Source: Amoebophrya sp. A120
Lineage: Eukaryota; Protista; Dinoflagellata
Length of the DNA: 64,000 bases
Assembly: GCA_905178155.1 (NCBI GenBank)
Contig: CAJINV010000001.1
Location: 6,889,794 to 6,953,793 of the forward strand
Direction of reading: 5' to 3'
This document shows positions 12,052 to 25,575 of this stretch, in pieces. A program made the position numbers and the translations under genes. The stretch's first letter is position 1, and each line of letters begins with the position of its first letter. The notes below the pieces were generated by a model. It was not told where the DNA came from. It worked only from the letters and a program-made list of their open reading frames with translations, and did not search any database.

Positions 12052-13752
12052 TCATTGCGTTTTATTCTTCAACCCGCTATCCTCCCCTGCGGCCTCCGCG
12101 CCAGCAGTATCTGCGGTTTTATTTTCCCCCGCACCATTCTTCTTCCCACTCTCTATCCTCTGCACTTCTGATACGAACCAGGTCCACACCGTACTACTTT
12201 TCCCGTACGCCCCGTTGCTGAGCCAGTTTTCCACCTCTAGATTGTTCCTCGGGTCGGGATCGTGTTCAATTCCGTTGCCGAGCGGGTACATGGACAGGTA
12301 GTGGTGTTCCACGTGATGCACTCCGTAATCCACGACGGAAAAAGACCAAGGCAAAACCCCGGGTACGTACTGGTGCCCGACAATGTCGCGGATAATCGTC
12401 TTCGTCCACCGGAAGCAGGCAAAGGGCGGGCAACAGAAGGAGTCGAAGTGCCCGAAGAAGTGGCGGACCATGCCCTCCAGCGGCCCGTTGTCCGCCACCG
12501 CGATAAATCCGACGGGCAGGCAGTCGTGGTGGGGTCCGTGCATGTAGGAGAAGCCGATTTTCGAGAAATGCCCCAGCCAGTGATCCCGGATGTACCAATC
12601 ATTCAAGTCGTTCTGCTCGAACATCTGAAGCAGCCTCTGCTCGATGATAAGAAACCGCAAAAGCCAGCTGAGCACGGCGGTTAATACGAGTCCGGGGTGG
12701 GGAAGGAGCTGGTCACTGCTCGTTGAAGATGTTCCACTCGCTTCATTGCCAGTACTACTTCCTGTCGGAGCTGCAGGAGAACACAGAGCCGTCCAGTACG
12801 CGCAAAGCACGAGGTAGTAGGGTATCACGGTGACCACGTGGGTCCAGACTCCGGTGACGAATGCGTGGAGCAAACCCACGAAGTGGTCGCAGACGTCCGG
12901 TAGGTTCAATTTCTCCGGTAAGAACCGCAGGGTTTTCCTCCAGCCAGTTTGCTGCAAAAACTTGAACACGTGGTTGTGCTGGTAGAGGTGGTCGAGGAGG
13001 GACACTGTCCGGAGAACCGTGGCGACGGCAAAGCTGAGATAGAACAAACCAAAGGTGAGACCGTAGAAAGCGTAGTAGGACCACGGGGTTGAGAACAAGC
13101 TGGAGAACATTTCATCATCATCTCCCTCCGAGGGATAACTTTTCGTGAAAACGTAAGTTCGCAAAACCCGCAACAAGACAATGTCGCCCGCAAACACGGC
13201 GATCTGGTAGCAGTAGCTCGGTCGCATGTTTTCCGTCTTGTACATGGCCCAGTGGAGCCAGACCCGCGGCGAAAAGATCGCCGGCCTTTGCTTCAGCCAG
13301 TCCAACAACCCGCAGGTGCCGTGCCGCGTGGCGAAAACGAAGAGGAGGAACCACGAGCTGTGGAACACGATTTTGGTGAGAACGTGCTGAACTCCATAAA
13401 CTGCGACGCAGGATCCGATGGAGAGAGCCAACATGATCACGTAGTCGTAAAAATCGCGCTTGTCGTACACCATCTTCGGCTTGGCCTTCTCCGAATCCTG
13501 TAGAGAGAAGAGCCACTGCCTCTTGTCCTCGGTGAAATAAAGTTCCTTCTTCTCTTTCGGTGTTTTCCCCGCAGCCGCAGCGGTTTTCTTTCCCGTACTG
13601 GACAACTGCTGCACAACGGCGGACACGAGCATTGCGACGGAAAGGACCGCCCATAAGAGCGTGCGTGGCTGCCCATCCGCTGGGAAAAGGTGCTCGTCCC
13701 GCAGGGAGCCTAGAAGATCTGCTACGGATGCCGTTGACATCACGGCGTCCAT
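12052..13752 (-). CDS. Intronless multi-pass membrane protein of the fatty-acid hydroxylase/sterol desaturase (His-box di-iron) type
   Basis: Several hydrophobic helices and His boxes HWLGH, HGPHH, H..HHVEHH. Confidence 0.65.
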   Translation of the reverse strand: MDAVMSTASVADLLGSLRDEHLFPADGQPRTLLWAVLSVAMLVSAVVQQLSSTGKKTAAAAGKTPKEKKELYFTEDKRQWLFSLQDSEKAKPKMVYDKRDFYDYVIMLALSIGSCVAVYGVQHVLTKIVFHSSWFLLFVFATRHGTCGLLDWLKQRPAIFSPRVWLHWAMYKTENMRPSYCYQIAVFAGDIVLLRVLRTYVFTKSYPSEGDDDEMFSSLFSTPWSYYAFYGLTFGLFYLSFAVATVLRTVSLLDHLYQHNHVFKFLQQTGWRKTLRFLPEKLNLPDVCDHFVGLLHAFVTGVWTHVVTVIPYYLVLCAYWTALCSPAAPTGSSTGNEASGTSSTSSDQLLPHPGLVLTAVLSWLLRFLIIEQRLLQMFEQNDLNDWYIRDHWLGHFSKIGFSYMHGPHHDCLPVGFIAVADNGPLEGMVRHFFGHFDSFCCPPFACFRWTKTIIRDIVGHQYVPGVLPWSFSVVDYGVHHVEHHYLSMYPLGNGIEHDPDPRNNLEVENWLSNGAYGKSSTVWTWFVSEVQRIESGKKNGAGENKTADTAGAEAAGEDSGLKNKTQ

Positions 13753-14376
13753 TCTTTTTTCTCTGTTCAATATGCTGCCATTTTGAAGTTACTTCATTGG
13801 GACTACCACGTGGCTCATGCTAAGAGGATATAGAGGAGAAGTAGTACTCATATTAAGAGTAAGGGACTACACAGCGGGGCTACCGCCAGTACGTAGCGAG
13901 GGTAGTGCATAAATATTCGGGTAGGCTGAAGTTTCGAGATTTAGTACGGTCTCAGAGGAATTGCATCGATATCAACCAAACAAGAAACGCATGAAAAAGA
14001 CCGACTTCTACTACATGAGGAGAGAACTCAGCTACATTGATCTTTCGAAAAAACATCTCTCGCCAGACCAAGTGACCCAATACTCACTCGTTAGCTAGTG
14101 GTGCACAAACCTAAACCTCTTGCGCTTGCCAACATTCTACTAAAGCCCTCGCTATCAAGAACACTTGCAGCTGACACTGAAGAAGCTAGTGATGCATCGG
14201 TCATCCTTCCGTCCTGCATTTCGTCACACTATCTTTCCTTCGTTTCTCTTTCTTCACCTGGAAACAAACGGAGACGAAGACCACCAGGGCCTAAGTGTAA
14301 TGTAAGAAAGGTCGCGTTGTCGTGTCGTCATGATCATGTCGTGAAAATAGACTTGTGTCGTCAAAAGATCAAAAGT

Positions 14377-17300
14377 TTAGTGTCGCTGTTTTTTCTTTTT
14401 CTTCTTCGAGGTTTGTTGTGGTGATGGGGAGCGTGACCTTGAGGCGTTGCTATCGCTGTCGCTGGCTGCCCGTCTTTTTCTGCCATCTTCTTTTCGCTTT
14501 TTCTTCCTTCCTCTTTCGTGGTCGCTCTTGCTCGTCCTTTCACTCACACTATTCCCGTTGCTCTTTGCCGCTTTTCGTCTTGACCGGGAGGTTCCCCGGC
14601 CGTTCGACGAGCTGTCTTGATCCAGCATGGCCATCACAGACGAGGCGGCTCTCTGCCTTTGCAGCGCTTCGAGGATGAGTTCTCGTCTTCGCGCGTCTAC
14701 TTTTTGCTCGATGTGCGTTTCTTCCTTGTCTTCCAAATCTTCTCTGTAGGTCTGCACCTCGAGCTCCACTTCGCGCCGGGCCTTGTGGTCCAACTTCGCG
14801 CTCATCATGCTGACCTCGTGGGCGTTCTGCGCGGCGTGACCTTGGTGGTGGATGGCGCGGGAGCTGCTCTCGTTCTCGGAATCCGAATCTTCGTCCCACT
14901 TGTCGCGCTCGCCGTCCGCCATCGGCGCGCCGTCCAAAAACTCCGCGAGCGCGTTTGACTGTTTTTAGGAAAATATAGGAAAAAATTGGGGCGGTTGGCA
15001 TCTTCTTCAAAAATCAGAGCGAAAAGAAACAGTATGGATGAAAAGCATAAAAGTAGGGTACTACCACGAAAGTAGTTGCAAAGAAATCCAGTAAGTACCT
15101 CTCCAAGATCTTCGTCGAAGGTTGCCAGTGCGCGCTCCAGCTGCGCGTCCTGGCTTCTCTGGTTGCTTAGTCTTTGGAGCATGGATTGCTGCACGCCGCC
15201 ATCGGCGGAGACCTCCTGCCAGCCCTGCGTGCTCTCTTCGCTGTTGTAGCCCGAGGCAGTGGTGCTAGCGCCAGAATGATGCCTGTCCCGCTTGTTACTT
15301 CTTGAAGAAGTGAGGACATGTGCACCATCGCGGGAGAAGGACTCCATTTGGTGTCCTCCGAAGCCGTCCTGCGCGTTGACTTCCCTTATTGTCATCTCGA
15401 TCCAGTTCCAGTCATCCAGATCCTGCCAGCTCGGCAGGTCAAACAGGTCATCCAGAGGTCGGCCGTCGAGCTCCGGGTCCCAGTTTTCACGATCGATCTT
15501 TTCGCCCTCCGGAGACATGGCATTTGCGCGGCTGCTAACGTCATCGACACTGCCGCCGTTCTTCGCCCAGTACAGCTCGTAGTTTACCTGAAGTCATACA
15601 TATACATGGCAAAGTCCAGTACGAGATGAAAATGAGCGTGAAGCATCGCATGTATGCCGTTGCAGTCTAGCCATCAAAAAAATACACTATCGGATGTCCC
15701 ATAAGAGTTTCAACGCCAACCACACTTAGTAGAAAAGCACTTCTTACCAGCCTATCAAGCAACCAGGCCTGTCTAGTTCTTTCCAGTCCCTCTCCGGGAT
15801 AGGCCTCAGTCAGCCCGCTTGTTATCCATGGGAGCCCTTTCGATCGGCACACTTTCTCCAGCGTGCTGAAGTGCTGACTCTCCCAGTCACGGAGCCTCTG
15901 CTGGAGCCAGGTTGGAAACCTATATGTGGACGGGTTGGTGAGTTGATGAATGTATAAGATTGATTCATTCCTAAGGACTGTTGCTGAATTTGTGTATCTG
16001 CATATTTGCTGGGGTGTTGAGTTAATAGCAATAGCAAAGCAAAAACGCAAAATCTCACCCCATCCCGTCGTAACACGAGTCGTGCGCGCGCTCCTTGTAG
16101 GGTCTGACCCTATTTGTGAACACCGAGCATTCCAGGCCGCGCATGTAGCCGCGGCCGAAGATGGGCTCCCAGGCGTTCAACAAGACCGTCACCTTCGCTC
16201 TCGGCTTGTCGCGGGCGGAGTTGAGCGGCACCTCCGTCATGTCGAAGGGATCATCGGTTTTGTCGTTTGAAGTCCCGTGTTCCGCAATGTGATCCAGCTC
16301 GTCCAGGCAGGTGCCCAGGTGCTCGAAGATCGAGGGGAGAACCTTTTCCAGTTCTCGGCGAAACATCCAGCTGGACTTCAGGACCTGGGAGCTGCTGTTG
16401 TGAAGCAAGTCGTTCACCAGGTAGAGTCTCGCCAGCTTGTTCCCCCAGGTGGTCTCCCTTATGGTAAGCGCCTCGACAAGACAATCGACAACCTCGTTGG
16501 ACACCGCCTCGTTGGCATTCTGCGTGAGCAAATCCAGGCAGTAGGTCATGCCCTCCAGGATAGACCTGCGGGTCGTCGTCAGCTTGCGAATGACGTTTTC
16601 GAGCGATTTCCGCTCGTTCTCGGACAAGAGGCCGGTGCGCTTAGCCAGCGCAATACCCGAGGCCTGCCGGTCCTGAAGAGGTTTGTTGTCTAGCAATTCA
16701 AACTTCAGCGACGAAATACGAATGCGATGAATCCAAATTCAAATTACGAGCGGACAATCAAGAGCAAACAAAAAAAAAAAAGCGAATCCAACAAATTCCT
16801 GCATTTTTTACTCGTTCCTCTTGCTCGTCTTTTGCTCGCTCAAGCGCGCGCTGCTCTTCTTTTTTTCGCCTCTTCTCCACCCACTCACAGGGCGGTGGGG
16901 TCCAGAGTCGCCCGCCTACGTAGATCTGAAACGCCTCCGTTCGCCATTCGCGGACCGTATCCCCCTGGGACAGGGAATAGACACGCCACCGGTAGTAACG
17001 ATTAATCTCCGAATCATGGTCGAAGAGAAATTCGAAACTTTTTTGAGTTTTTTGATTGGAAAATGTGGGTGTGGCAATCGAATTCGAATGTAACTAAAGT
17101 GACATGACAAAAGTCACGACCTGATAAAACTGACATGAAAAACAAACTGAATAGAGAAAATCCAGTCATCCATCGATCAACGTGTCGCCAGAAACACCGA
17201 ACTTAGGCAGAACCGAATCTTCGACCTACCGAGGATCTGTGCGGCCGATGTTCAAGCGACAGCGTACACGACACTGATCACGATCTGATTTCCTCCGCCA

Positions 17301-18805
17301 GGGTCACGAAGCACGATCGATAGAAGATGAGTTGAAACATGTTTCTTCCCCACAACTATACTGACTTAAACTTCTTCTGGAAGCCTCCTAAGTTGGTAGC
17401 AGTACTTACATCAAAAAGCGAAAGAACTGAAGTACTCGTGCGGAAATGCTGGCGGTTGCTGCGACGTAATGCCGGGGTTTTCTGCGAGCCACTCCTGCTG
17501 CCTTTTTGTCTGGAATTCCTGTCTTTCTGGCAGCACCTTTTCCATCACGGCCTGCTCGAACCAGTGGCCCTCGGTCGCGACCATTCGCGACAAGCGATCT
17601 ATCCGGGATTTGACACGTCGGTCCCTTGGGATGCACACTGTGATGCGCTCCAGTCGGTCCTGCACGGCCTGTGGGAGTGCGTCCTCCTGGCGCAGCAGTT
17701 GTTCGACCTGGGCTCGGGGGATGGCTTTCCCCCAGCCAATCCGCAAGGTGACGCCCTCCCACATCGTGCCATCCATCTCGCGCTGGGCGTTTTCCGCTTC
17801 CTCACGCGTGCAGAAGGCAACAAAGCCGGATAGTGTGGTTCGCGACGTATCTACCACATGCCGTGGGTACATGACCTTGTTTGGGGGAGAGGAATTGATT
17901 GTCGTAACGGGAATTGGTTATGATTTTGATTACAGCAGGCACGATGAATGGAAGTAGTGCCGGCAGCTTTCACGACACAGTATATAGAGTCTCATATCGA
18001 TGCCCCTTTTGCGATCGATTGCGCTTGCCTATAGCCTCCTAAAAGTGCAGAAAAAAATACTGCAAGGAGCTCTTAAATATCAGAGTTATTATACCTTGAC
18101 GGACGCTATTTTCCCGAAGCGCTTGAATTGCGCACAGACCTGTTCTTCCGTCGCACCGCCGGGGAGGGACTGCAGAAACAGATTTGTCGTTGGCTGCAGC
18201 AGGTCGGGATTTGGTGGGTCAAAGTTCACGCCCCGACCCAGACCACCCGGAGCAACGGGTCCACCCCCACCGCGGCTTTTCTGTGACTCCAGGGCGGAGA
18301 AGAGCATGTCTCGGTCCTGCAATTCTTTCTGCAGTCTTTCTCTCTCTTCCGGACTGGACGCCTGCTGTATTTCCTTTTTAATCTGTTTGCGCTCGTCGTC
18401 GACCTCGCGGCGCTTTTTCATCTCTTCGAGTAAGCTGTCCATCTCTTTCTTTGGCCCACTTTTGTGTGAATTACTTTTGGACACCGTGCTAAACTTGGAA
18501 TTGGAGTTTGTAGAAGATGTTGCCGCCATGGTCTGCTGCTGATTTTGCTGCTGGTTCGCTCCTGTGGTCGTCGTGGTACTGCTGCTGTTCGGGGGGAAAG
18601 TGCTGGTGCTGGACATGCTGGGGTGCATGTGCGCGAGCATTTGTTGCTGATGTTGGTGAAGCTGCTGCTGCTGCTGGTACTGCATCTGCTGTGGCGGGAC
18701 CTGCATCTGCATCTGCACGCCGGGGAGCTGCTGTTGGTACATGGTCGTGGTGCTGTACACCCCCATGTTCGGGTTCATCGCGTTCATCGTCTGCGCGCCC
18801 CACAT
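14377..18805 (-). CDS. U2SURP: U2 snRNP-associated SURP motif protein (SR140/RRC1): Q-rich N-terminus, RRM, SURP, CID, SAP-like, cwf21; multi-exon
   Basis: RRM TNLFLQSLP...FGKIASVKVMYPR...GFVAF...IGWGKA; exon ~16810-17038 FEFLFD...YYRWRVYSLSQGD...WTPPP; CID KLARLYLVNDLLHNSS; DGRPL/DGAPM; cwf21 RREVELEVQTYREDLE. GT-AG intron 17876-18094. Confidence 0.88.
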
Positions 18806-19986
18806 CCTCGCTGTTTTAAGTAGCTTTGCGCGGACGAGACAAGGGACTTCAGAAAGACCTAGTTTTTCTGGGCCGCGAAGTAGTTGTTCACCGAGAAAGA
18901 TGTTGCCGCCAGGGTCGTGTTGTTTCAGTCGTTCTTGTTAAAGTCCTTTGTGTGCTGGTGGTAGAACTTGAAGAAGTATCGTCTGCTTGTCTTCAGAGAG
19001 GTAGCTGAGAAATCGGCTACAACTCTTCCCACAAGTTGTGTGGGTCGTGAGGTTAAAGACTTGATGCTCCTAAAAAGGTCGTCGTGTCTAGCTTAAGTGG
19101 AAAAAATTTCTTGATGTTTCAAAAATGAAAATGAAATTTGGAAAAAGGCCGCAATCGGCACAATCTCTTTCATCCCGCGGTCCATTTTGTTTCGTTTTTT
19201 CTGCTGAGGGGTCCGATTCGTCCCGTAAATAGAATACAATGACTGTCAACTGCGCTTAGGATTAGTGAAAGGAGGTATTAGCGATGATTGTGGTCCACAG
19301 CAATGCGTAGGTGTAGCGCTTTCGACAACGAAACATTTTTAGATTTACAACGACGAATTAGAAGCATATGATCTACCAAGAGCGTCTAAAACTTCCATTC
19401 ACTGCGATCTGGAGATTTATCAGGCCTCACGACGACGTGCGTTCCTTCTAGAGTCTTCATTTTCATACACAGCTGCATCTCAAAGCAATATTAAAGTGGT
19501 GTGGTGCGGGTGTATACATAGTCTTCGAAGCGTCGAGGTACTACAGAAGGTCTGTGGTCTCGACGCAACTGTAGTGATCACTGTGTGAGATAGGGATTGG
19601 AAATAGAAATGTAGTTGTAATCAAGTCACGCTTTCATGAAAGATGCTAGTTTCCGTTGCTACGAGCTGGTGCTATACGAATTGCCTTAGCGTCAGATGAT
19701 ATCTCACGTGTACGTTCCACACGAAAAGACCGATTTTTTTCCATTCTGCGAGCAATCAGACGTATTTTCCTTCGGTGCGATGTCGTGCAGAGTGACGACA
19801 CCAGTAAAACTTGCAAACCATCAGTCACTCTACCGCAACTTTTTTCATATCGACGACTTACTACGTTCGCTTGCGTTCGGTGTGTCGTGCAAAAAAACGA
19901 TATGAGGACTTGTAGTTGTAGCTTGTAGTTCCGTCGAGCAATTATAGTGATAATCGTAATCCCGGACGGAATCCGTACTCGACGTC

Positions 19987-22640
19987 CTAGAAGCCACCGT
20001 CGTCGACGTAGGTAAATCGCAACGACGCTCGATAAAACTGTCCAGGATCGCGCTCGACTTCAGCGTAGCAATTCCAAAGGTGGGAACCGTTCGGGTGCGT
20101 ATGCTCGTCGCCAGCTGTGACCCACCAGCAGGAAATGAGAATGTTTCGAAGCAGGCCCGCACTCACAACGCCAGATAGCGACACGAAACCGCAGCAAAGG
20201 TCGTTAGGGATTGCGATCGGAATCGGTAGGTGGATACAACAATCGGATAAAAATAAATACTTAAACCAAAAAAAATCATAAAGTGGGTTGCGCTGCTGCA
20301 GAAGCACACACGGCCAGTGTTGAAAAGAGTCGCTTGCAGCCGTCACTGTGCTTCCATGCGCGCTTCAAGACGGTCTGGTATGCATAGACCTTCTTCTTCC
20401 TCCGAGCCTTTGATACAAAAGAGTAAGAAACTACTTTTTACTGAATGGGCTCCCGGACACTTAGCATCTCTAACAAAAATCAAATCGTGGGCTACAGTTT
20501 TTTTGTTGGAAATTCCATTTTTTGCTGAGGAAAAAACTGCAGGTGCTAAGATCACGTATGAGAAAAAAATGTCTTCTTATTCTTTTCCCCCGAGATACAA
20601 AATTTGCTCGAGAGCGTTTCGATTGCATACATAGTGCGACGTGGGTCAACATCTTTGTTCTTACACATACAAACGAGGAGTAGTGCTGCGTATTTCTACA
20701 TACCTATTCTGCGTTTTTGGTGGTGCTATACATAGTAATTCGAGTTCCTGTACAATCTTCTCACAAATTCACCTGTGTGCCTGTTTTTCAGTCGAAGTGC
20801 GATAAGTACATGCGTCGAAGTTTTCCACTGAACACTCAGCATTTGCTCGTCCCATACAAAGCCTTTGTTTCTATCCTAGTGAACCGCACTGGAAGTAGTA
20901 GCATCCACATCGAGTCAGTGCTGCGCTGTCTGCATGCAAGTTGAACCAGACAGCGTTGAGGTGTAAAGGCTTACACCAATACCACAGAGAGAAGAAAAAC
21001 ACTCAGGTGCAGCGCTTCCTTGCTCCAAAGTCGTACTAGTGAAAGCTATGCACTCAATAACATCGACCCGACGTCTCACCACGACATTTTCACTACCACC
21101 GAAGCGGCCGCGGAAAACGAAGTAGCAAAACGGAAGCAACTAGTACAAAAAAAACCGACTCTTGTCTGGCGTTTGGCGCAGAAGGATTTCTAGCGTTCGT
21201 CTTATTCTCTATTTATACCTGGCAATTGTCGTTTGTAGTGCCATTGATTTCATTTATTTCGGCAAAGGTTTTCCTCGATTGAACGAGCTAATTATGCCGA
21301 GCATGCATAATAAATTTTCTGGGATGGATTTGATGACAAGGAAGTACTTCTTACATAGCTAGAAGAAGTACGCTACTTTCATATCGCGCACTTTGGTCGT
21401 GCTCGTGCCGTTGCCTTGCATGAATTTTCATCGTAATAAACAAAATCTCGCAGATGATCGGTGGCATGCAGCTGCAACATTTCTTGCCTGTGATCAGGAT
21501 CATTCTAGCGTTCATTCGTGCTCGACATATAAGCAAAGAAAAAATAGCATCGACCTAAAATGCGGATCAGTCATTCAAAATCGGTAAAATTGATGGTGCT
21601 ACGAAAGAACAAATGATCCTAACCAATGACGGGTCTAGGTCTACAAGGGGGTTGATAAATCTAGGGCTCTTTTTATTCAGTAGGTAGCTCTACTTGTTTT
21701 TCAGCACCACGGTCGTCTATGTGCCTGATTCAGCAGAGCTCAACGCAAGCGTATCCTGATCACTGTGGCAAGGGGAAACAAAAAATTTGCGAAGTGGTTA
21801 CACAACCAACGAAAGAAACGGATCGTCTTTGCGTTCACGAACGAAAAAAACACGCACGCGTCCAGCGGTTGCGGACAAAAAACGAAACTACGTGTGTCCT
21901 TCTTGATAAATATCTTCTGATTCGTTGCATGCCAAAAAAAAATGTAACCGACACTAGTTCATACATCTCTTCTTCAGCCGACGATTTTTCATCTGCAGGG
22001 TTTTGCAGAGCAAACGAAATTGAACGACCGTGATTGGCTTCCGAGTTTTTCTGTCTTCACGAGTTCGTGTTTGATTTATCTTTTGTATTTAGAACGAGGC
22101 CGCGCTTTTGCTATGCTCTTATGCCATAACATATGTTTATCGTGACCGCATGATCTGATGCACAACTTGTGACGACCGACAGGTCAAAGAACCGACGAGT
22201 AGTTGCCTTTGCACTTTTGTCTAGAACGATTGCGGGACAGACAGAACATGTCCTTTTGCGTGGTGTACGATTCAGATTTCATCAGCAGGGCACGCGATAA
22301 GCAGCTAATGTGCACGTCATGCCTTTCGGAAATTTTCCGTGTTCGCGCTTCTTGTCGTCATGAAAATTCAAATTGCGTTTGCGTCTTCCAAATAGTAAGC
22401 GTTCATTATGAAAAGCAGGGGTGCTGTCAGTTCATTTCTGGGAGTGCTAGCACCGAGTAGGTACTTACTTCTCCAGGAAACCTGCTCTCATCGAACAACA
22501 GGAGCAGGTGGAAAATGTTGTATTTCAATTTTCATCAAAACATCATGGTGGTGCCTTTATTCATCCCGACGTCAAGGTCAGTGGTAGTCGCTTTTGTCGC
22601 TATGTCCATGTACACACTGTTGCTCTTGTGCACTTCAAGC
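19987..22640 (-). CDS. Possible fragmented multi-exon hypothetical gene
   Basis: Short protein-like minus-strand segments (19987-20220, ~22470-22640 with a GTAAGT donor); no coherent model built. Confidence 0.2.
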
Positions 22641-22833
22641 ATCGCCCGGTCGCTAATCAAACAATTCATTTGGGGTAGTTTATTTTGCAAAAACAGTTTC
22701 CTGTGTGCGGGGCGAGCAGACCTGGAAAGTGTCCATGATCTTGCGCGGTGTCCGATGAAAAACGGCTCCAAAAAGACAACCAGCACTCGAGTAGTTTGGA
22801 CCGCCGAAGATGAGCGAATAACGACAGTTTTCC

Positions 22834-23718
22834 TCACTCGGCTTTGGAGGTGCTGATGGAGCTGACGCCTTTCTTTAGCGCGCCGGAGACAGAGTCAAAC
22901 ATCTCGTCTACGTTTGGCTCGACTTTCTCCAGCCATATGGCCAATTTGTCATAAACCGTATTGGCGCCGCGAAATCGCTCGGCGAGCAGCCAGTACGTTG
23001 CCGCCAGCTTCAGGAGGTAGTACCTGTGTGTGTGACGAGTGGTGGGAAAAAACTACTGTTGAAGGAGAATATTTTGAAGCTCACCAGATGCAAATCCAAA
23101 TCATCAGTTCTTCCGAAACAGCGATAAAAACAAGCTGCCAAGGAACAAAGTACTCTGATGTCATCATCGACTTGTAAACTACATTCATAAAAATCTAGAT
23201 TATACATTGGTATCCAGAAAAGCAGGAAATCGGCGAAGAGCTCCACTAGCGACACTGTGATGAAGATGACCCAGTACTTGAGCAAAAGTGACATTTTCTC
23301 CATGTCCTTGCTCTTCAGTGCCTTGAAACTGAAATATCCCGGGCACACGCCACCCGCAATGTAGCAGAGTGTATCGCCGCCGATGCCTGATTGATAAATG
23401 ATATAGACATTTCGTTTTCGACGACGAGTAGAAGTGTGCTACTGAGACACAATCTGAAACTCTTTTTCTTGCGACTACTGGATAAAATTGAAAAAAATCA
23501 AAAATTACACAAAAGAAAGCTCTAGCGGCCGCGAAAAAAAAGCGTCTTTTACCAAACAAAGCAAACGGCAGCAGCACGGAGATCCCGACCATCAACAGCA
23601 GTGCTGGTTTTACTCCAAATTGTGTCGCCATCTTTTGCAGCACCGGAATCTGCTCGCAGTACTTGTTTACTCCGGCGAGAAGCTCCTCCGCCTGCGAAGG
23701 AGGGGTAGAGCCCGCCAT
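22834..23718 (-). CDS. REEP/DP1/Yop1 (TB2/DP1/HVA22) ER-shaping protein, 3 exons
   Basis: PGYFSFKAL...LLKYWVIF...FWIPM|YYLLKL...YWLL...GANTVYD; canonical GT-AG intron before the last exon. Confidence 0.85.
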
Positions 23719-24361
23719 TTTCGCTTCTTTTCTCCTGAACTAGATCACTAGATGTGCCGACTTCGGCAGTACTAAATGTGTGTTGTGTGTGTGAATGTCG
23801 TAGGGGGGTGAAAAGGAAAAGCTTTATCTTTATGCGGGATTGAGTTCTGTCCCACGAACACGGACACAAGGAGGTCGCTAGGAAATATGTTTCCAGTTCT
23901 TGAAGGCGTCCCTGTGTACACAGGAAAAGGTCCTGGTAGTGTATATGTATTGCAGCTGTAGTTGCTCTTGCTTTCGAATGCACCAAAATCATTTCTTGCA
24001 ACTGTGAAGTTCCGTCATCGTAGGATGTTCAGCTCGAGGCGTGACCAATGAAAAACTACCAACACTTGAGTTCTCAAAATCAAATTCTGCATAGAGATTC
24101 CTCATCTTCAATGGTACGAGAAAAGTTCCGCTGGACATTAGTGTTCTTCCACAGAGAAAATGCTGTCGCGCAGCACCAAACCATCAAAGCAATCAATTTA
24201 ATCATGGTCGTGGCAACAATGCTGGCCAGAACTCAGCTTCAGTCATGTTCAAGGTATGAGGTAAGTGAGTATCGTATGTAAACAAAATTTTCGGTAGATG
24301 TCAACACTGCTGTCGCAGCCCTAAACGTCTCTGTTGCTCAGCATTATAATGGTCAAACATC

Positions 24362-25575
24362 TCAGCCCCCGTGTATGCATTTGTACCAGAGAATGACCAG
24401 CAGACAGAATGCCGTCGTGCCCAACAACACGAAGCTCTCGAACCGTTGTCGAGTTATCAAATGTAAAAATGTCTGGGTCTGGAAGATCATTTCAACATGT
24501 CATGCTAAATCTGAAGCATGCAAAGAAAAATTTGTGTTAAATGATTACCAAAAGTCGTCCAGTTTTGACCAAGTCGGGAGGGAGTTTCTCATGCAGGATA
24601 AGCATGAGAGAGATCGCACAGAATCTGTCATGCTAGGTCCTGCATTCCAGACCTCATGGGTCATAGAAAAGCAGCATGACAAATCGCGCATTCTTCCAGA
24701 TCCAGACATTTTTACATTTGATACGAGTGCCGATCTTGCCAATGAGGGAATCCATGTTCGGAAACATGCTGTTTATTCTCGTCATTTTCTGTCGCATGTC
24801 CCGAAATATCTCATTGTGCTTCCCTATCTGCTCGCGGTTTGCGTTCGCATTACTCAGCGCCTCGTCGATCAGCAAGTGGCTCTGCTCGAGCGTACCGCGT
24901 TCCCGTAGGAGACCTGAGCAATTTAACAGACTTGAATCAACACCGCGTCAGAAGAAATTGCTCTTGCAACGAATCTCGAGTTCGCGCAGGAACTCTTGCG
25001 TGAGACAAACCAAAACCTCCTACTGGTACCTTCCTCTTCATTTTTCGCGTACACGTCGCGCTCTCGGACTGGTAGAAGGTTACTTTTCCCTATCTGCGCG
25101 GGTAGGTCGCGTGTCAGCGACTTAAAATCCTGGACAAGGTCTCGGTACTGCTCGCGAAACCTTCAGATGTTTATTTTACACCTCTTTGTTTGTTACGTGA
25201 TGTTGTGGATTTCATTGTCATCGACACAACCACACGTTGACGTTGGCACCTGATACTGTTTCGAAATACAAGACGTAGCTGCACATTAAAGAAACACCTC
25301 CTCAGCTTCATCTGCGTCGTCGTCCTACTATCGCCCGCCCACAGCGCAGATAGCCGCTCGAGGTGCCTCTCAAAGTCGCGCAAACAGGATTCCGTTGCAC
25401 CCTGATAAGACCGCATTTCCGGCGTGGAGGCCTGCGGTTGGTTTCCGCCGCGGGCAAACATTCGCCGGAGCTCTTCCATGCGCCCTTCGAGATGTCGGTG
25501 CAGGGTTGTGATCTCCCGCACCACGTCCTGGTCGGACGAGCTGGACGAGCCGCCGCCAGCGGATACCATCGACAT
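24362..25575 (-). CDS. Golgi Qb-SNARE of GOS1/GOSR1 type; two GT-AG introns plus one TIR element
   Basis: Spliced ...RFREQYRDLVQDF...GLLRERGTLEQSHLLIDEAL...FPNMDSLIGKIGTRQRFESFVLLGTTAFCLLVILWY (SNARE motif plus C-terminal TM); the TM is reached only after removing 24455-24723 and one TSD. Confidence 0.75.
24455..24723. mobile_element. TIR element / introner E1 (269 bp), TSD CGAGT
   Basis: TATCAAATGTAAAAATGTCTGGGTCTGGAAGA...TCTTCCAGATCCAGACATTTTTACATTTGATA; CGAGT at 24450-24454 and 24724-24728. Confidence 0.95.

Noticed and set aside
16700-17435. U2SURP introns seemingly non-canonical, with AGTT and TTTG direct repeats
   Set aside because: In-frame canonical alternatives exist (GA|GTACTT...AAG|T and CGA|GTAAAA...AAG|TTT), and there are no TIRs
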